Counted from the first letter of the stretch, positions 1 through 13,599 are shown. The stretch is DNA of 64,000 bases from the human T2T-CHM13v2.0 reference genome, Homo sapiens (GCF_009914755.1 NC_060942.1); one strand, 5' to 3'. Program-made: numbers and translations. Notes: generated by a model not told the origin, from the letters alone.

Positions 1-1204
1 AAATAAAAGACTGACTGTAATACTGGGGATATATTTTGGGGATACCAAGAGAGTTATTACATACTAATCCTCATTGTTTGTGAAGAGACCACCTAGGAAG
101 CAATATTTGTGAATGTTTCCTGAGCTGGAGGCAAGAATCACACCAGTACTATCCATTTGCTTTTCGGAAAAAAGATTTTCATAATAGTAGGGTTAAAATT
201 CTGGTTTTTCACAGCCATTAAATAAGGGGAACATGGTTAATATGACAAAAGCAACTAGTGGTCACATACTTACAGACCTTTGTATCAAAGGCTATTGTAG
301 GGCTTATTATATTGGTAGCAGTTAGGATCCAGAACATCCATGTACAATTTACATTTTCAAGATTATGCACATAAAATTTCTGAGTCAGAAATGACTCTGC
401 TACTCCAGGAATTCTAATACCCCTAAAATCAACCACCATTTAAGCAACTGAGCACTGCTGTGAGCAAACATGGTGGGGAAACACAACATTCAGACGTTGC
501 CTCTTATACACCAAGGGGCTTAGTTAAAACAAGGCATAAATATTACACATAAAACACCACCAATATTAGAAAATATGTGACAGAAGCTACATGAATAATG
601 CAGCTGGTAAATATTCTAAAGACATAGAGGAGATGATGACTATTCTAGGGGTGGTCTAGTTAGACACCAGGATTATATCTTCTCATGGGACCTCATATAG
701 CCTCATGTAGCTTATATAGCCTCAAGGGACTTTGGCTTTAAAGTTCCTTTTCTTTTTTCTTTCTATCCTGTGAATTGGATTAATATAACCAATTGTGTTG
801 GAAGAGAAAAGAATAAACTTAATATGGCTTTCCATCCCAGCTGGCTTTAATAGTCCCAATTGCTTTTAAGAAAAACTTGTAAGACAAGTAAAGAACTTCC
901 TGCCAAACTGTATGAATGCCATCTGGCCTGGTGTGGAAGCTTGGTGGTCTAAGTCCATTCATTAAAAAAGTACAATTTACCACAGCTATTCTGGAAGAGC
1001 CTGCAGGTGGAAGGAGCTGCAGTGTTTCTCATCAGAAATGTTAAATGAAAAAAAGGATCAGAGATGAACCAAATAAGCAATGTCCCTGAAGATCCGAAAC
1101 TTAGAGATTTCAAAGTGTTATGGTGAAATAATAATAGTAGTTGGGTAGAACATGAACTGTAGAGTAAAATTGGTGAAAGGGAATCAGAAAAAAAACCAGA
1201 CATA

Positions 1205-1950
1205 ACAGTTGTTTCTTCCAGTTTTTAGATTGCCTTTCACAGACAAAGACTTCTTCCTGTAGATGTATCGGTGGCATTAGTTGGGTAGGGCGCTTTAGTT
1301 TTGATTCTGGGTATGTGCAGTAGGGTAGTTGTTGTATGATTTCTCTGGCTGTCAGTAGTGTCAATGGTGTCTGTGATTTCCTCAGTGGCTTAGGCTGAAG
1401 TTGTTAGTGGAGGCTATGGTGAGACTTTGCTTAGGATGGGGAGGCCAGGTGGGCCAGTCCTGGGGCCCCTGTAATGGCAGTGGTGAGCTAAGCGTGCCTG
1501 TCCTTGGGTCCCCCTGGTGGTGTACATGGGCACTGGTATTAGTGGGTCTAGGAAGACCAATTCTTGGGCCTCCAGGCTACCTGATGGCTGTGACAGCAGT
1601 GGGCTGGGTGGCTGGGCAGGCCTCAGGTTGCTGGGCAGTGTGTATGGCATGCATGATGGCAGTAGCAGTAGTAAGATAACCTCAGGCTCTCAGATGGCAT
1701 GAGCTGGTGTCAGTGGTGGCTGCTATGGCTGGGTGAGGCAGTCCCCAGGCCCCTGGTGACATGTGTGGGTGGTACCAGTGTTGGTGGTGGTAGCAGGCTG
1801 AGTGGGCCTGTTCTCAGGCCTCCAAAAAGAGTGCACAGACGTCAGTGGCGGGAGGTGAGGTGGGGTGATTCTCAGGTTTCGATGGTATGCTTGGGTGCTG
1901 GTGGCAGGTTTTGTGGGACTGTTATTATGGTGCACATGTGCACTTGAGGT
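1205..1950 (-). mobile_element. Old L1 (L1M/L1MA-type) 5' region fragment
   Basis: GT/GG-rich block resembling antisense L1M 5' sequence; boundaries approximate. Confidence 0.55.
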
Positions 1951-2497
1951 GACTGATGGGTCAACTGTTCCAGATTTGAGCAACGTGATTGGAAGCAAAG
2001 AGCCTGCTATCTCCCTGCAACCAAATGTTCACCTTTCCCCAGCCTACCCCTACAGGCCATTGTGTTGTATATAAGGGATTTGGAAGGCCACAGAATAAGA
2101 GTCAGCTTAATAAATAAAGAAGGGAAAGGGAGGTTACAATCAAGGATCACTTTATTACTTTATCTGAAGTGATATAATTCTTCTGTGCTTGAGGAGTGGA
2201 CAGTCCCACGCATTAATTTACTTCATTGTCTTGTCTTTAGCATCATTAGTGAACTAAAATACACTAAAATAATACTACTGCTGCTAATGTTAACAATTAA
2301 CGTTTACTGGGTCCTTAATATATGCTAGGCAACAACCTAGAATAGAATAAGCCACTCAAGCTTCAATTTATAGAAAAATTTTTCTTATTCTAAACTTTTG
2401 TGTTGCATTCTTGAAGCACATTTTTACTATGCATATCTAAACATGCACTTTTTGTTATTGCACCAAGCCTATAGAGTCAACAAATGTAGAATACCTT

Positions 2498-2840
2498 TGC
2501 TATGGCCTGAATGTTTGTCCCCTCCAAAACTCATATTAAAGTTTAATTGCCATTGTAACAATATTAAGAGGTGAGGTCTTTCAGAGGTGTTTAGGTCACA
2601 GGGGCTCACCTTCATGGGTGGAATTGGTGCCACTATAAAAGGGCACATTGGGCCTCCCTTGTCTCTCTCACTTTCTTGGTTTCCACCATGGGATGACACA
2701 GTAAGAAGGCCCTGGCCAGATGGCAGAAAGTTGGTGTTGGACTTTTCAGCCTTCAGAATTGTGCACCAGTAAATTATGCTCATTATAAGTTACCCACTTT
2801 CAGGTATTCTGTTCTACCATCACAAAATGGACTAAGATAA
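2498..2840 (+). mobile_element. MaLR LTR (MST-like)
   Basis: Starts tgctatggcctgaatgtttgtcccctccaaaactcat, ends aaaatggactaagata. Confidence 0.8.
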
Positions 2841-4439
2841 CCTCCATAAAGACACACCACCCTATATTTGGTGTATATTTATTCTACAATTCAGAGCAGC
2901 ACTATATAGCTACAGCGACACAAAGCAAATATACTATGTATTTGAATATTTTATTCCTACATTGACCCTTCTGCTGCTTCTTATTGGCATAATATTTTCC
3001 ACTAAAGTTTTAATATCCTCAAGGTTAGGTGCTTCTAGAAAGTCAGGCATGATCAGTCATGATCGGTCCTTTCTGTGAGAACTCAGTCTATCAAGGTACT
3101 CATCAATGTGTATTAGTTGGCTTTGGTGTGCTTTACTACTCTTGTTTTAGCTTATTTATTTGTTTTTAAAAACTATTTTGACCTAAAGAATTAAGTTTAA
3201 TCAGAAGTCAGGCATTTGTAATGATGCTCTTTGGGATATTCAATGAATACTTGATACTTACCATGTTGATAATGATGATAGTTTGTTAAGTGATATAAGT
3301 GTCAAGCAGCTGGGAAAATATGACTTTGGCTGAATAGGGTAGAACAAATGCAGACACTAATTTCAAGCTCACAGACACAGCTTAATTAATTTTAAAAATC
3401 TGGTCTGTATATGCATTCTTCCAGTTTTAGTCAGTTTTAAGATGTATTCTTAGAAAAAATATCTTTTTTTGTCCCCTCAGTATATTTCCACTTTACCCAA
3501 AATTCCTTCAAGTATTAACTAACTAAATATAAAACATGAAAGTACAGTCTAGCGAGGGACATCAAGTAGGTGGCTTATTGGGATTAGGAAAAAGATAAGC
3601 ATGCCTTCTTAACATCTCATGATATTTAGTCAGCACTGGAGCCTTGGGTATTTCAGGGGATTTGGAGAAGCCCTTCAGCAACTAGCCATTGGCTCAGGAG
3701 AAGGGTCTTCTTTCAGTGTGCTACTCTAGTATGTGGAGGAGAAGATCCAATGGAAGGAGAAAGAAACTCCATTACTCTTTCTTGTGGAATATTAGGGAGA
3801 ATCAAAATATCCTCTAATTTTGAGTTTAATCATCACTAATGATAGATTTGGCTGGGAAGCATTAAAGTAAATTCCCCCCAGCTTACAGGCTTCCGAACGT
3901 AGCTCCTGATCTTACACAGCTCTTTGCCTGGAAGGCTGCCCAACTGCTACCCTTAACTGCAAGCCTTAGTTCCCCCTATGTCTCCCATAGCCCCTCTAAT
4001 TGCCCTGTACAACTACTTCATCAGATCTTCAAAAGAGAATAAAATTAAATACTATGTATTTGATAATTGATTTAATTAAATGTGTGACTCACTTATTCTT
4101 TAAAAAGGGTGCAGTTATTTTTAACACAAATGGTGCTTCTAATAATGTGTATAAATATTTAGTTATTTGATCTCAGATAAGTTATGTCTTATTATAACAC
4201 TCTTGTAGTGAAAACATCAGATTCCACTCATATGATTTTTAACTCACAGCATTTTCCAGAAGTATTCCATAATTTTAGCACTGTCCATACTGTATACATT
4301 TACATATTGTGAGAAAGCCAAGTAACACTTGTAAATCACAGCTTCAGAACAAAAATATTTAGGCATTTACATATCACAAACCTTCAAACGGTTTAATGTA
4401 GAGATTTATACATATGTAAGTAGGATATGAGAGACAGTT

Positions 4440-6427
4440 GAATTAGTACATAAAGTTTTTATTTAAAGTTTTCCCCTTCCAAGCAAGCTTCATTTACACA
4501 TTCTAATACTGTACAAAATTTACATTCTCTGTGACTTATTTATTCACTTTTCACTTTCTAGTAACTTATGTCTCTCTGAAATACAGAAAGCTTTACTTAT
4601 AATTCTCATAAATGCTTTTATTTTGGTGAGAAATAAAAAATAAAATGCAGAACAAGTCTAAGGAAAGCAAAGGTTCTTGTACAAATTGTGACTTTTGGAA
4701 GAAACAGTGACAGTTGACAACAAAAGGTTCTGAAGCAGACCTCATTCTATTCATGATGTCAGCTGAGATTTTCCCACAGAGTACTGTAACTTTTCTTTCT
4801 ATATACTCATATGTTTTCAAGGAAAAAGAAATGACAGTTGATTGCACTGGATATACATATATTTATATATATATATTTTTACAACGGATCCTTTGGATCT
4901 GAACATACAAATAAATACAAAAACAACGAAGATTGCACTTTACTGTAGAAACGGCATCGGATTCCAGTATACCCATTTATCTTGACGTGCTCTGCCATGA
5001 AAGCTTATCACTAAGGCATTTTTCATCTGTGGGATTTCCCTAATTACTGTTTTGAATGACACATTTGTTGAAGGATTCAACACCATCTCTGGATGGTTAA
5101 AATATATTTTAGGCTTTTATTTACTCCTAAAGTTGTTGTTCAAGCTCTGGAGGGCTTGAAAATCGAATGTGCATTCCTGTCAGTTTTGTCCTTTTGGTTG
5201 GCCACATTGAGACTATCTCATGCTATCCTGACCTTCTGCTCCTGAATTCCTCATGCTCCTCAAGACAACTAGCAATTGCTCGCTTAACTGAGTTCAGGCA
5301 TCTCTGGTGATAACAAACAAAATATGATGAATTGGGGGAATAACGATCGTAAGTCAAGTGTCTAGAGGCACCCGAAGGTGAGGAAGAGGAGAAGTATTCT
5401 GTCAGGTGCTATAATTGGCTCCTGTGGCTCTTGTAAGTTCTGTGTTTTAGAAACAGAAAGACAACTGGAATTCTACTTAATGGAAATTATTCTTTCTTTT
5501 CATCCCTGAATTCCTGAAAACAATCTCCCATTTTTTTTTATTATGGATTAAATTTGGGTCAGACATATCATCTAACAGAATCTCTAAAATAGTATTGACT
5601 GAATTTGTCAATCCTGTCTTTTGAAGTAAATAACATGTGTGTTCACTACTTATATATCACAAAATATGAAAAAGCACAAACCTCCATGAACTGAATAGTG
5701 ACATAATATATTTTGTTTTAATCTTTCAGATAAAATTGAGGACACAGAAATGACGACTCTGTCTAGCCTAGAACCTATAGGGTAGAAAGCATTTATTACA
5801 AGAGCCAACATCTTTCTCTTTTCTGATCCCATGAGGTGCTGTAAGGGCAGAAGGTGTATGAAATGAAGTTGTATAGAAACGAAAATGCCTCTCTTTAATC
5901 TTACATGATTTTCAATAACAGTGTTGCCAATGGAGTCTGTGAAGTAGCCAAAGGTTAAGAGTACAGAATCAAGTGGCAATTTCTGTAATGCAGTGTATTT
6001 TGGTGGCTCAAATTTGGAATCATTCTTGAACACAATATCCCCGAAATGTCAACATAGATCACATGCAGGTAGACTACAATGCACAATACTGATCTGAGGT
6101 CTCTCTGGGGCCAGTCTTCTGTATTTTATCTTTCTCCTTTTGCAAGTTAAGATTCACATGAAGAGTTTTTGTAAAGCTGGGATAAGTTAAAACCAGTCTG
6201 AAATGGAAGAGTCTGTCACCACAGGAAGTTTGGTGCGATCTGAGTTATAGACATAGTATCTGTTCAAGAACAGGTCTCTTTCTTTTGTAGTTACTTATAA
6301 ATCATCAGAAACCAAGGGTGGGTTTTGGCAGTTGTACCATTAGAATGCATTGTTCCTATTATAATAGTGATGTCACCTGCCATTGCTTCCTAGAATGTGA
6401 TACTGTTCATTCCAGAGTTTCCTGGTG
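4440..6427 (-). other. KLHL14: KLHL14 3'UTR (~2 kb, distal end approximate)
   Basis: AU-rich sequence with no recognisable repeat after the stop codon, ending near an AATAAA at 4458-4463 (minus). Confidence 0.7.
4458..4463 (-). terminator. Probable polyadenylation signal AATAAA
   Basis: Plus-strand tttatt; further candidates near 4539 and 4617. Confidence 0.6.
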
Positions 6428-6568
6428 TTATTTGTTGTATGGTACACAAGAGGGCAGAATAACTGTCACACAGGCAGGGCCTGCCAACGGTTCTGCTACA
6501 TCTCCTTCGAGTTCTGTCCAGGTTCCTTTCTCTGGACAATAGCATATTGTAGATGACTTGTAGGCCCC
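6428..6568 (-). CDS. KLHL14: KLHL14 last coding exon, CDS part: GAYKSSTICYCPEKGTWTELEGDVAEPLAGPACVTVILPSCVPYNK*
   Basis: ctctgtcattacag|GGGGCCTAC; 141 nt to TAA (plus-strand tta 6428-6430); phase 0 matches the previous exon. Confidence 0.95.
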   Translation of the reverse strand, partial: GAYKSSTICYCPEKGTWTELEGDVAEPLAGPACVTVILPSCVPYNK

Positions 6569-6843
6569 CTGTAATGACAGAGGAGGGAGCATTTAGAGAA
6601 GGAAGCTAGAGAAGTGCAATGGCAATGTTACTGATCATATTTATTAATATATTGAAAAGAAAATATCTGTTCTCCATTCTTGCTAAATAATTCCAAATGA
6701 AAGCAATGGATTTTAAACTGTTCTATTCCAAAGAAAAAGCTAAGATTGACAAAATTTCAAAAAAAATTTTTTTGTGTGTGTGACTAATAATAAAAGTTAA
6801 ATAAATACCTAGAGGATCCTAGATGCTCAACAAATCCTAAATT

Positions 6844-7140
6844 GGCTGGGCCCAGTGGCTCATACCTGTAATCACAGAGCTTTGGCAGCTAGGGCGAGAG
6901 GATCACTTGAGCCCAGGGGTTTGAGACCAGCCTGGGCAACATAGCAAGACCTCATCTTTACACACACACTAAAAAAGATAAAAACAAATTGGGCATGATA
7001 GTGCACATCTGTAGTCCCAGCTGCCTGGGAGGCTAGGACAGGAGGATCGTGGTTACAATGAGCTCTGATCATGCCACTGTACTCCAGCCTAGACAACAGA
7101 GTAAGATCTTGGATTAAAGAAAGAAATACATACATAAAAA
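6844..7140 (+). mobile_element. Alu (AluJ-like)
   Basis: ggctgggcccagtggctcatacctgtaatc... dimer with A-rich tail. Confidence 0.92.
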
Positions 7141-8943
7141 TAATATACCAAAAATAGAAGTTATCCAGCTGGTTTAAGTTAAAAAAGAAAAGAGAACAAA
7201 TTTACCTTAAACATTCAAATAGTTAAGACAATTATATTTCAGATTGTTGTCTCACTTCTCCATTTTAATTTTGCTACTGTGAAGAATCAGAGCTAGGATT
7301 GAAAACCAGTTCAAAGTAAACTGGAAATGAAAGTTTGTCAACTTTCTCATATATTGATTTATTTATTTTCAAGAGGCCACATGAGAAATAAAATGTCCTT
7401 AATCTTGTTTTCTTTGTCAACTTTAGAGGCTAGTGCTTGTGTAACATTTTCCTCCCCAAACCAAGGCAGCTTTGTGTTTATCATAGGAAAAAAACGAAAG
7501 ACCCAACCAACCTAATAATTATTTTTCTAAAAATGCCCCAATGTCTGCTTCCAAACAAATACATTCTTGCAGCTAACAATTTGTACAAGCAAACAAGTGC
7601 ACATATGAATATCTAGTTATATATGTCAATACATATTTGCCTATATAACTAATAATGTTTTAAAGCTCCCCAAAACTTTATGTCACAATCTTGTTAGAGG
7701 CAAAAGAAATAAAACCAAATAATATTATTAAAACCACCAAATTAATCTTACAAAACTAACACAGGTAATCAGGAAAATATAAAAATGTTCATCATTTTAA
7801 AAGTGAATATGTAATCTGCTAGACCCAATGTGTCTCCTGATGTACTGTAATTTGAACTACAAAGCCACCTTCGCAGGTGTTTTTGCTAAGAAAGAAAAAA
7901 GAAGTTAACAAAAGAAATAAATAAAGGAAAAAGAAAGAAGCTGAATTTAATTATGCCCTTATCTCTAACTTCCAGTCTCCAGAAAATATGCAGATGGAGG
8001 ACTATTTCAAATGACTCCACAAGGAAGTCATTAGCCAATTTCAGAATGTAGGGTATTCTGTATAACTGAACCTCTTTTGTCAAGGAGTCAATGGCATGAA
8101 ACAAAAAGAGTCAGGGTAATGTTCTAGATTGCAAGAGATATATGAGACATAATGATGAAATATAAGAAAGACTTGTTGGGTCCTGATTTGGATATGTCAA
8201 TTTGAAAAATACATCTTTTTTAAAAGTCAATGGCAAATATTTGAATATAAAAATGGATATAAAGGAATTATTGTTAATTTTTTGGAGTGTGAGTGTATTT
8301 ACGTAAGTTAATGATTTTTAAAAGGTAAATACTGAAGCATTTAGGGTGAAATGATATGACATCTGGGATCTACTTCATATTGCCTGAGCCAAAGATTTTA
8401 AAAGTGGGGATAGATGAAGTGTGGCAAAATGTTGACGGATGTTGAAGCTGAATGATGGGTTAATGAAGTCCCATTCTAATCTCGATTTTTGTGTATGTTT
8501 AGAAAATTTCACGATAAAGAGGGAAAATAAGGGGAAAAATCAATGGCAAATCACACATCCTAAATAGATTTCATGAATATTGGAGAATGAATTTCCATTT
8601 TTCATGCCTTACCGGTCAGAAACCTTTCAGACTCTCTTATTGAACTGCAGAACATTTGTAAAATCACCTCAGTTTGACTTTTAGTTGGGAAGCCAGAATC
8701 ACAAGGTCATAGAGACAGGAGAGAAGGGAGACCTACTGCACCTTGTGATGCTGTTGATCAGCTAGCAAGCCAGTTCAACAGCCACCAGGCTGATCCTATT
8801 TTACTATGTAAAGCAACTGACTGCTTGCATGTAAGTATGATACTCTTAAAAGGTACATGTGTGGAGGATAACACATTTGGAAGGATACAGAAAACGTAAG
8901 CACAAACGAAATAAAGGAGGATGCAGTAAATGTGGACACATAC

Positions 8944-9101
8944 CATACTCCAGCTGTAGCCTCCCACAAGGTAAATGCTGTCATCAAGCACTGCACAGCC
9001 AGGGCCACTTCGACCCTCCAAAATGGGAGTTTGGAGTATATTCCACTGGTCACCTTTTGGGTCATAGCATTCCACAAGCATTACATCAAGGTGGGAGAAA
9101 C
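8944..9101 (-). CDS. KLHL14: KLHL14 coding exon (probably exon 8), 158 nt: (G)FSHLDVMLVECYDPKGDQWNILQTPILEGRSGPGCAVLDDSIYLVGGYSWSM
   Basis: gtcacttag|GTTTCTCC ... AGTATG|gtatgt; phase 1-0; inside ORF 8758..9231. Confidence 0.95.
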
Positions 9102-9399
9102 CTAAGTGACAGAACAAAGTGGAACAACAAAATGATAAATGCTCAGGGTCCCAATTTAAGGCTAGGGCTTCTTTTAAAAAACAAGTCTCAAGCCAAAATA
9201 GATAATTATGTTTTTGAAGACACAAATGCATAAATTCACTGAGATTGGGAGAAATGTCAGAAAGACCTAGAAAACCCCAAAGAAACTCTAGTTGTTTTAG
9301 ATTACTTCAAAGCAAGAATGCCTGAGCAGATGTCATTAGCAAAGGTTGATTATATGTGGATAGATCTTATTAAAATGGTTTATTAAAACCTTATTTAAA

Positions 9400-9660
9400 A
9401 ATGTTTAAAATAATAGTTTAAGCAAGCATTGTACAAGGCACTTACAATATGCTAGTTTTCTTTTCTAAGGGCTTTATTTAAATGAACTCATTCAATCCCT
9501 TCCATCACTCTATGAGATAGTCCCTGTCCTCACTTTCATTTTATAGATAAGGGAACTGAGAGACAGAGAAAGTCAATTACTTGAGTAAGTCACAAGTCAG
9601 TAAGTAGATAGGTTGAGATTTGAATCCAGGAGAGGCTTCAGAACTCAGACTCTTGCAGAC
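9400..9660. mobile_element. MIR
   Basis: cattttatagataagggaactgagagacagagaaag core. Confidence 0.7.
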
Positions 9661-11940
9661 TAAATTGTATTGCTTTTTCTCAAATGAATATTTAACTCTC
9701 TCAGAATGTTTTAATAGATTAAAAATATGCTGTTCAGCATCTTTTACCTTTTCCACAATTTGACTATGTTTATAAACAACTCTGATGATGTAAATCGTTT
9801 CTAGTATTTACCAAGAATCAAGGTTTAGAGTAGGAGGCTGAGTAACTTTCACTGAAGAGCTTCTCCTACAGCTTCTGATAGGGTTCTTGGTGTCTGGGGC
9901 ACTACCTAGGTCACTGAGAACAACTTAAGTTCCTGGTCTCTACTGGAGCCCTGCCTTTAATTTAGAGGGTGAGAAACACCTAGTGGGAGCTTCGTGCTCA
10001 CCAAGCAGGTCAAACCCTTAATGTTTTTATCTATTTTTCCCGTAGTTAAATGCAGGCTATGGATATTTGCTAGCTGACAATCTCAGTGTGTATTCTAAAG
10101 TAACCAACATACTGGATTCTTTAAAATAATTGAGAAGATGAATAAAAAGGTGGAGAAATTTTTGTTCTTGAAGAGGTAGACAGGTTATTTCGGTTACTAA
10201 CTTCCTACAGAAAATAAATCCCATAGATGGTGGAACAACAGAACAATGTACTCACTGCAACACCAGAGTATATTCCTTTCCTTTACCATTAATATTATTG
10301 ATTATAATTTTTGAAGCATATACACTTAGAATGAGCACTTGGGCAAATTCCAGGTTCTGACCTTGGAGGCATCATTTGAAGATATATGTGCCTTCTCTGT
10401 GACAATGTTATACATGGGAACTGTAATCCTCACAGAAACCATCAAGGCAAGGATAATTATCCTTCCTTTACAGACATGAGGTTAAGTGTCTTGAGTGAGA
10501 CCACACAACTAGAAAGTGCATAACTAGAATCAAACCTAGGCTTAGATACAATGTCTATATCCTCTCCTCACCATGATGCCTCCTTGAGCTAACCCAGTTT
10601 TGATGTGTGCACACTATTTCTCATTTAGATTGTCATTACCTGAGTCTTTCTGTCCAAACCTAACCTTAAATGTTAGAAGATCCTAGAGCATTTAGACAAT
10701 ATCTTGTGCAAAAGAAATGCAAAGAAATCACATTTTAACATAGAAGGATACAAAGTTAATACAAAACATGTCGACGTAAAGGAATGGTGTGTGGCTTGAA
10801 ATGAAAGAGCACCGTTGAAAGAGATAAAGAATAAAAAGGTAAGCATCACAGTAGTAAAGAAAATCCGTTCTCATTGGGGAGAGCACTTAAGCTGAGCAGC
10901 AGACATGCACTAGGCTATTGGCATTTCTGAACATGAACTTGACGAATGAACATGAACTTGGAACTATCTACATAAAAATTACACCTGTTCAGGCTTTGTT
11001 ACATCTACAGGTAAATATGTATTAGGAAAATAGAAAAAACATCTAGATCTAAACCATTTAAAAAGATGTATATACTATTAAAAAATAAATGCACACATGT
11101 GCGTTATCTACCATACTTAGATAGCCTGTTTCCCATTTAGCTCAATTTCAGCGATCATAGACTAGGAGAGCTGAAGGAGATTTTAGAGATCATAGAGCAG
11201 TTTCTTCATCTTCAGATGAGGAAACTGAGGCCCAAAGCAGTTCAATAATGTTCTCGATATCATAGGTCTCTCTGGTATCACATTCAGTGTTACATGCATG
11301 CACATAATGTTATATATGTGCACATACACTACAAAAAGTTGCAGTCGTATACATATCTAGGGAAGGAAAGCTGCCAAAACATGTCTCTAAAAATGCTATG
11401 CTTTAAGTTTTTTATTGAAAAAAAGCAACAGAATTTGATAATCATAAGTGGCTTGCTATTGAATTCTTAAAAAAATTCTAAATTTAGACACAAATATCTG
11501 GTAAATATTACCTTTAAAAAAATCACATATTAGCTTTGTGCACTTATGACTAAAGTTCCTTATGATTACAGCAGAAAACAATTTTCTGGAAAAAATTCAT
11601 TACTACAACTTTGGTGATAAGAAATAATTTATTTCAGTGAATTCATTGTTACGACAAATTGTTTGTGTTCTTCAGTTATTAATGCTCCTGTTTCTTATTT
11701 TCTGTAGACATCATTATCCTTTTCTTTTATGTGTATGGTAACTTAAAAATAATCCTATCTGCAGCAAAGCCAAAATAAATGCTTGCTCAAGGGTACTGCC
11801 AATTTACACAGAGTAGATTTTATTAGGTCAACATGTTTTTTACTTGGTTAACTATGATTATCTAAGGAGAAACCCCCTTAGCGAGAAATATGAGGTGCAA
11901 ATGTTATTGTGACTAAAAAACAAAACAACAAAAAAAAGAC

Positions 11941-12099
11941 CTTTCAAATGATTTCCTCCAATTGCATACAAGCGATCATTCATTACAGCCAAAGTGTGAA
12001 TTGCACGTTTTGTGTTCATATCTTGTTTTCGAGCCCAGACATCCATTACTGGGTCATAGCAATATAGCCATGGGACATATTCTCCATTGTGTACACCCC
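11941..12099 (-). CDS. KLHL14: KLHL14 coding exon (probably exon 7), 159 nt: (G)GVHNGEYVPWLYCYDPVMDVWARKQDMNTKRAIHTLAVMNDRLYAIGGNHLK(G)
   Basis: tatttcacag|GGGGTGTAC ... TTGAAAG|gtcttt; phase 1-1; overlaps ORF 11858..12124. Confidence 0.93.
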
Positions 12100-12180
12100 C
12101 TGTGAAATAAACATAGACATACAAGTCAAGAGAGTGCTTTGGAACTGAACTTTGTAACAGAAAGTGGAGGAATTACTTGC

Positions 12181-12371
12181 CTGAAATGTATATTTTCCCA
12201 TTGTGCACTGCTCCCGCATGAGCCGCCAGAGGCTGTGGCAAAGAGGACACATAGCGCCATTCATTCGTTTCTAGGTTATAGCACTCCACGCTGGACAAGT
12301 AGCCAGTTTCATTCCTTCCACCAATTACGTATAAATGCTTGTCCAACCGACATGCATAGAAACTGGCTCTT
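12181..12371 (-). CDS. KLHL14: KLHL14 coding exon (probably exon 6), 191 nt: RASFYACRLDKHLYVIGGRNETGYLSSVECYNLETNEWRYVSSLPQPLAAHAGAVHNGKIYIS(G)
   Basis: cattgtag|AAGAGCC ... ATTTCAG|gcaagt (GC donor); phase 2-1; overlaps ORF 12173..12391; kelch LYVIGG/VECY/W motifs. Confidence 0.95.
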
Positions 12372-13599
12372 CTACAATGAAAAGAACCCACAGTAAATCA
12401 CAAGAGGAGCTGTGAAATGTTACCTTTCGAAATAAGATAAGCACCACACAGCTAGTCAGGGAAAGGGGTGCATTCTGCTTCAGAAAGGGTTGCAAATCTT
12501 TAAAAATTACACGTATACCTTATAATTCTGAGACCTTCTACAGTAATCATATGTATTGCCCTTCCTGGTTAATATTCTTGATATTAAAGTAATAGTAGAG
12601 GAGAAATTCACCAACTCTTTGTTTCAGCCCTTGTTATCTTGTTTTATACACTGTTAAGTGTTCATTAATATTTGGGATATTCGGTACCTTGTAAGGATAT
12701 CGTAGCTCTGTAAGGCAAAGTGAAAAATGAGGTAGATAATGTAACAATAATAAATTATCTTGACATTCACTTTCTTTATGGTCCTTCAAGGGTCATTGTT
12801 CCCAATTTATAAGAGAACTACATCATCAAAAATTTTCTTCAATTATCACTTTTTTTACCCTTAGTACTACTACTGCAAATAGAATAACTTTTGTGAACTT
12901 CATATAATGTTCAAATTTTGCACTTATATAACCAGTTACAGGAATTTCATCTAAGTAGCCTTTTGTGTTGATTCTTAAAAGGCTATAAGATATTTTAAAT
13001 CCCTTTTTAAGAGAGGCTTTTGACTATATTATCCCATTATGCCATCAAAGCAAAAGATACAAGCTGTGTTGGAAAGATTGTAGACAGAGAGACCAGTCCT
13101 AAAATATGCCATAATTTAGGAGTGAGATTTGAAGACACTGAGGACCTGAATTAGAGTTTTAGTAGAAGAAATAGAAAGGGGTGATGCAAATGATATTTTA
13201 AAGGAAGAAGATGTAAAACTTGGCAAGTAATAAAATATGAGAGCTGAGGGAAAATAACATTCAAACAGCAGTCAAAAATTGGGAGTTAGGATGATTAGTT
13301 TGAAACTTGAAGCAAGCCTTTGACTCTTTGCTTCTTTTTTTCACTGATACTACTGGAATAATATACTTCACAAGGAAAACATGTGGTCCAATATTGAATA
13401 AGTGTAATTGTTAAGTGCCATGCCCCTCAGATAATATAGTTTATATTTAATGAATTAATGATCTCTATTAAAATAGATGCCGAGATTCGTGTTCAATGTC
13501 GATTGCAAGACAAGGAGTGCTACAGGTTTTTATCAAGTAAATGTATGTTGCTTGGAGATTTTCCAGGTTGTGTTTATGAAGTACCAAAACACTTAGGAG

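Noticed and set aside
1110-2074. Cluster of overlapping ORFs
   Set aside because: Falls in a GC-richer L1-like fragment where stop codons are scarce
5650-6033. 127-aa minus-strand ORF in the 3'UTR
   Set aside because: Non-ATG start, no recognisable domain, consistent with chance
8758-9231. 157-aa ORF as a stand-alone gene or an isoform with a hydrophobic tail
   Set aside because: Only 8944-9101 is kelch-like and bounded by good splice sites; the flanks are intron read-through, and the GTATGT donor is adequate
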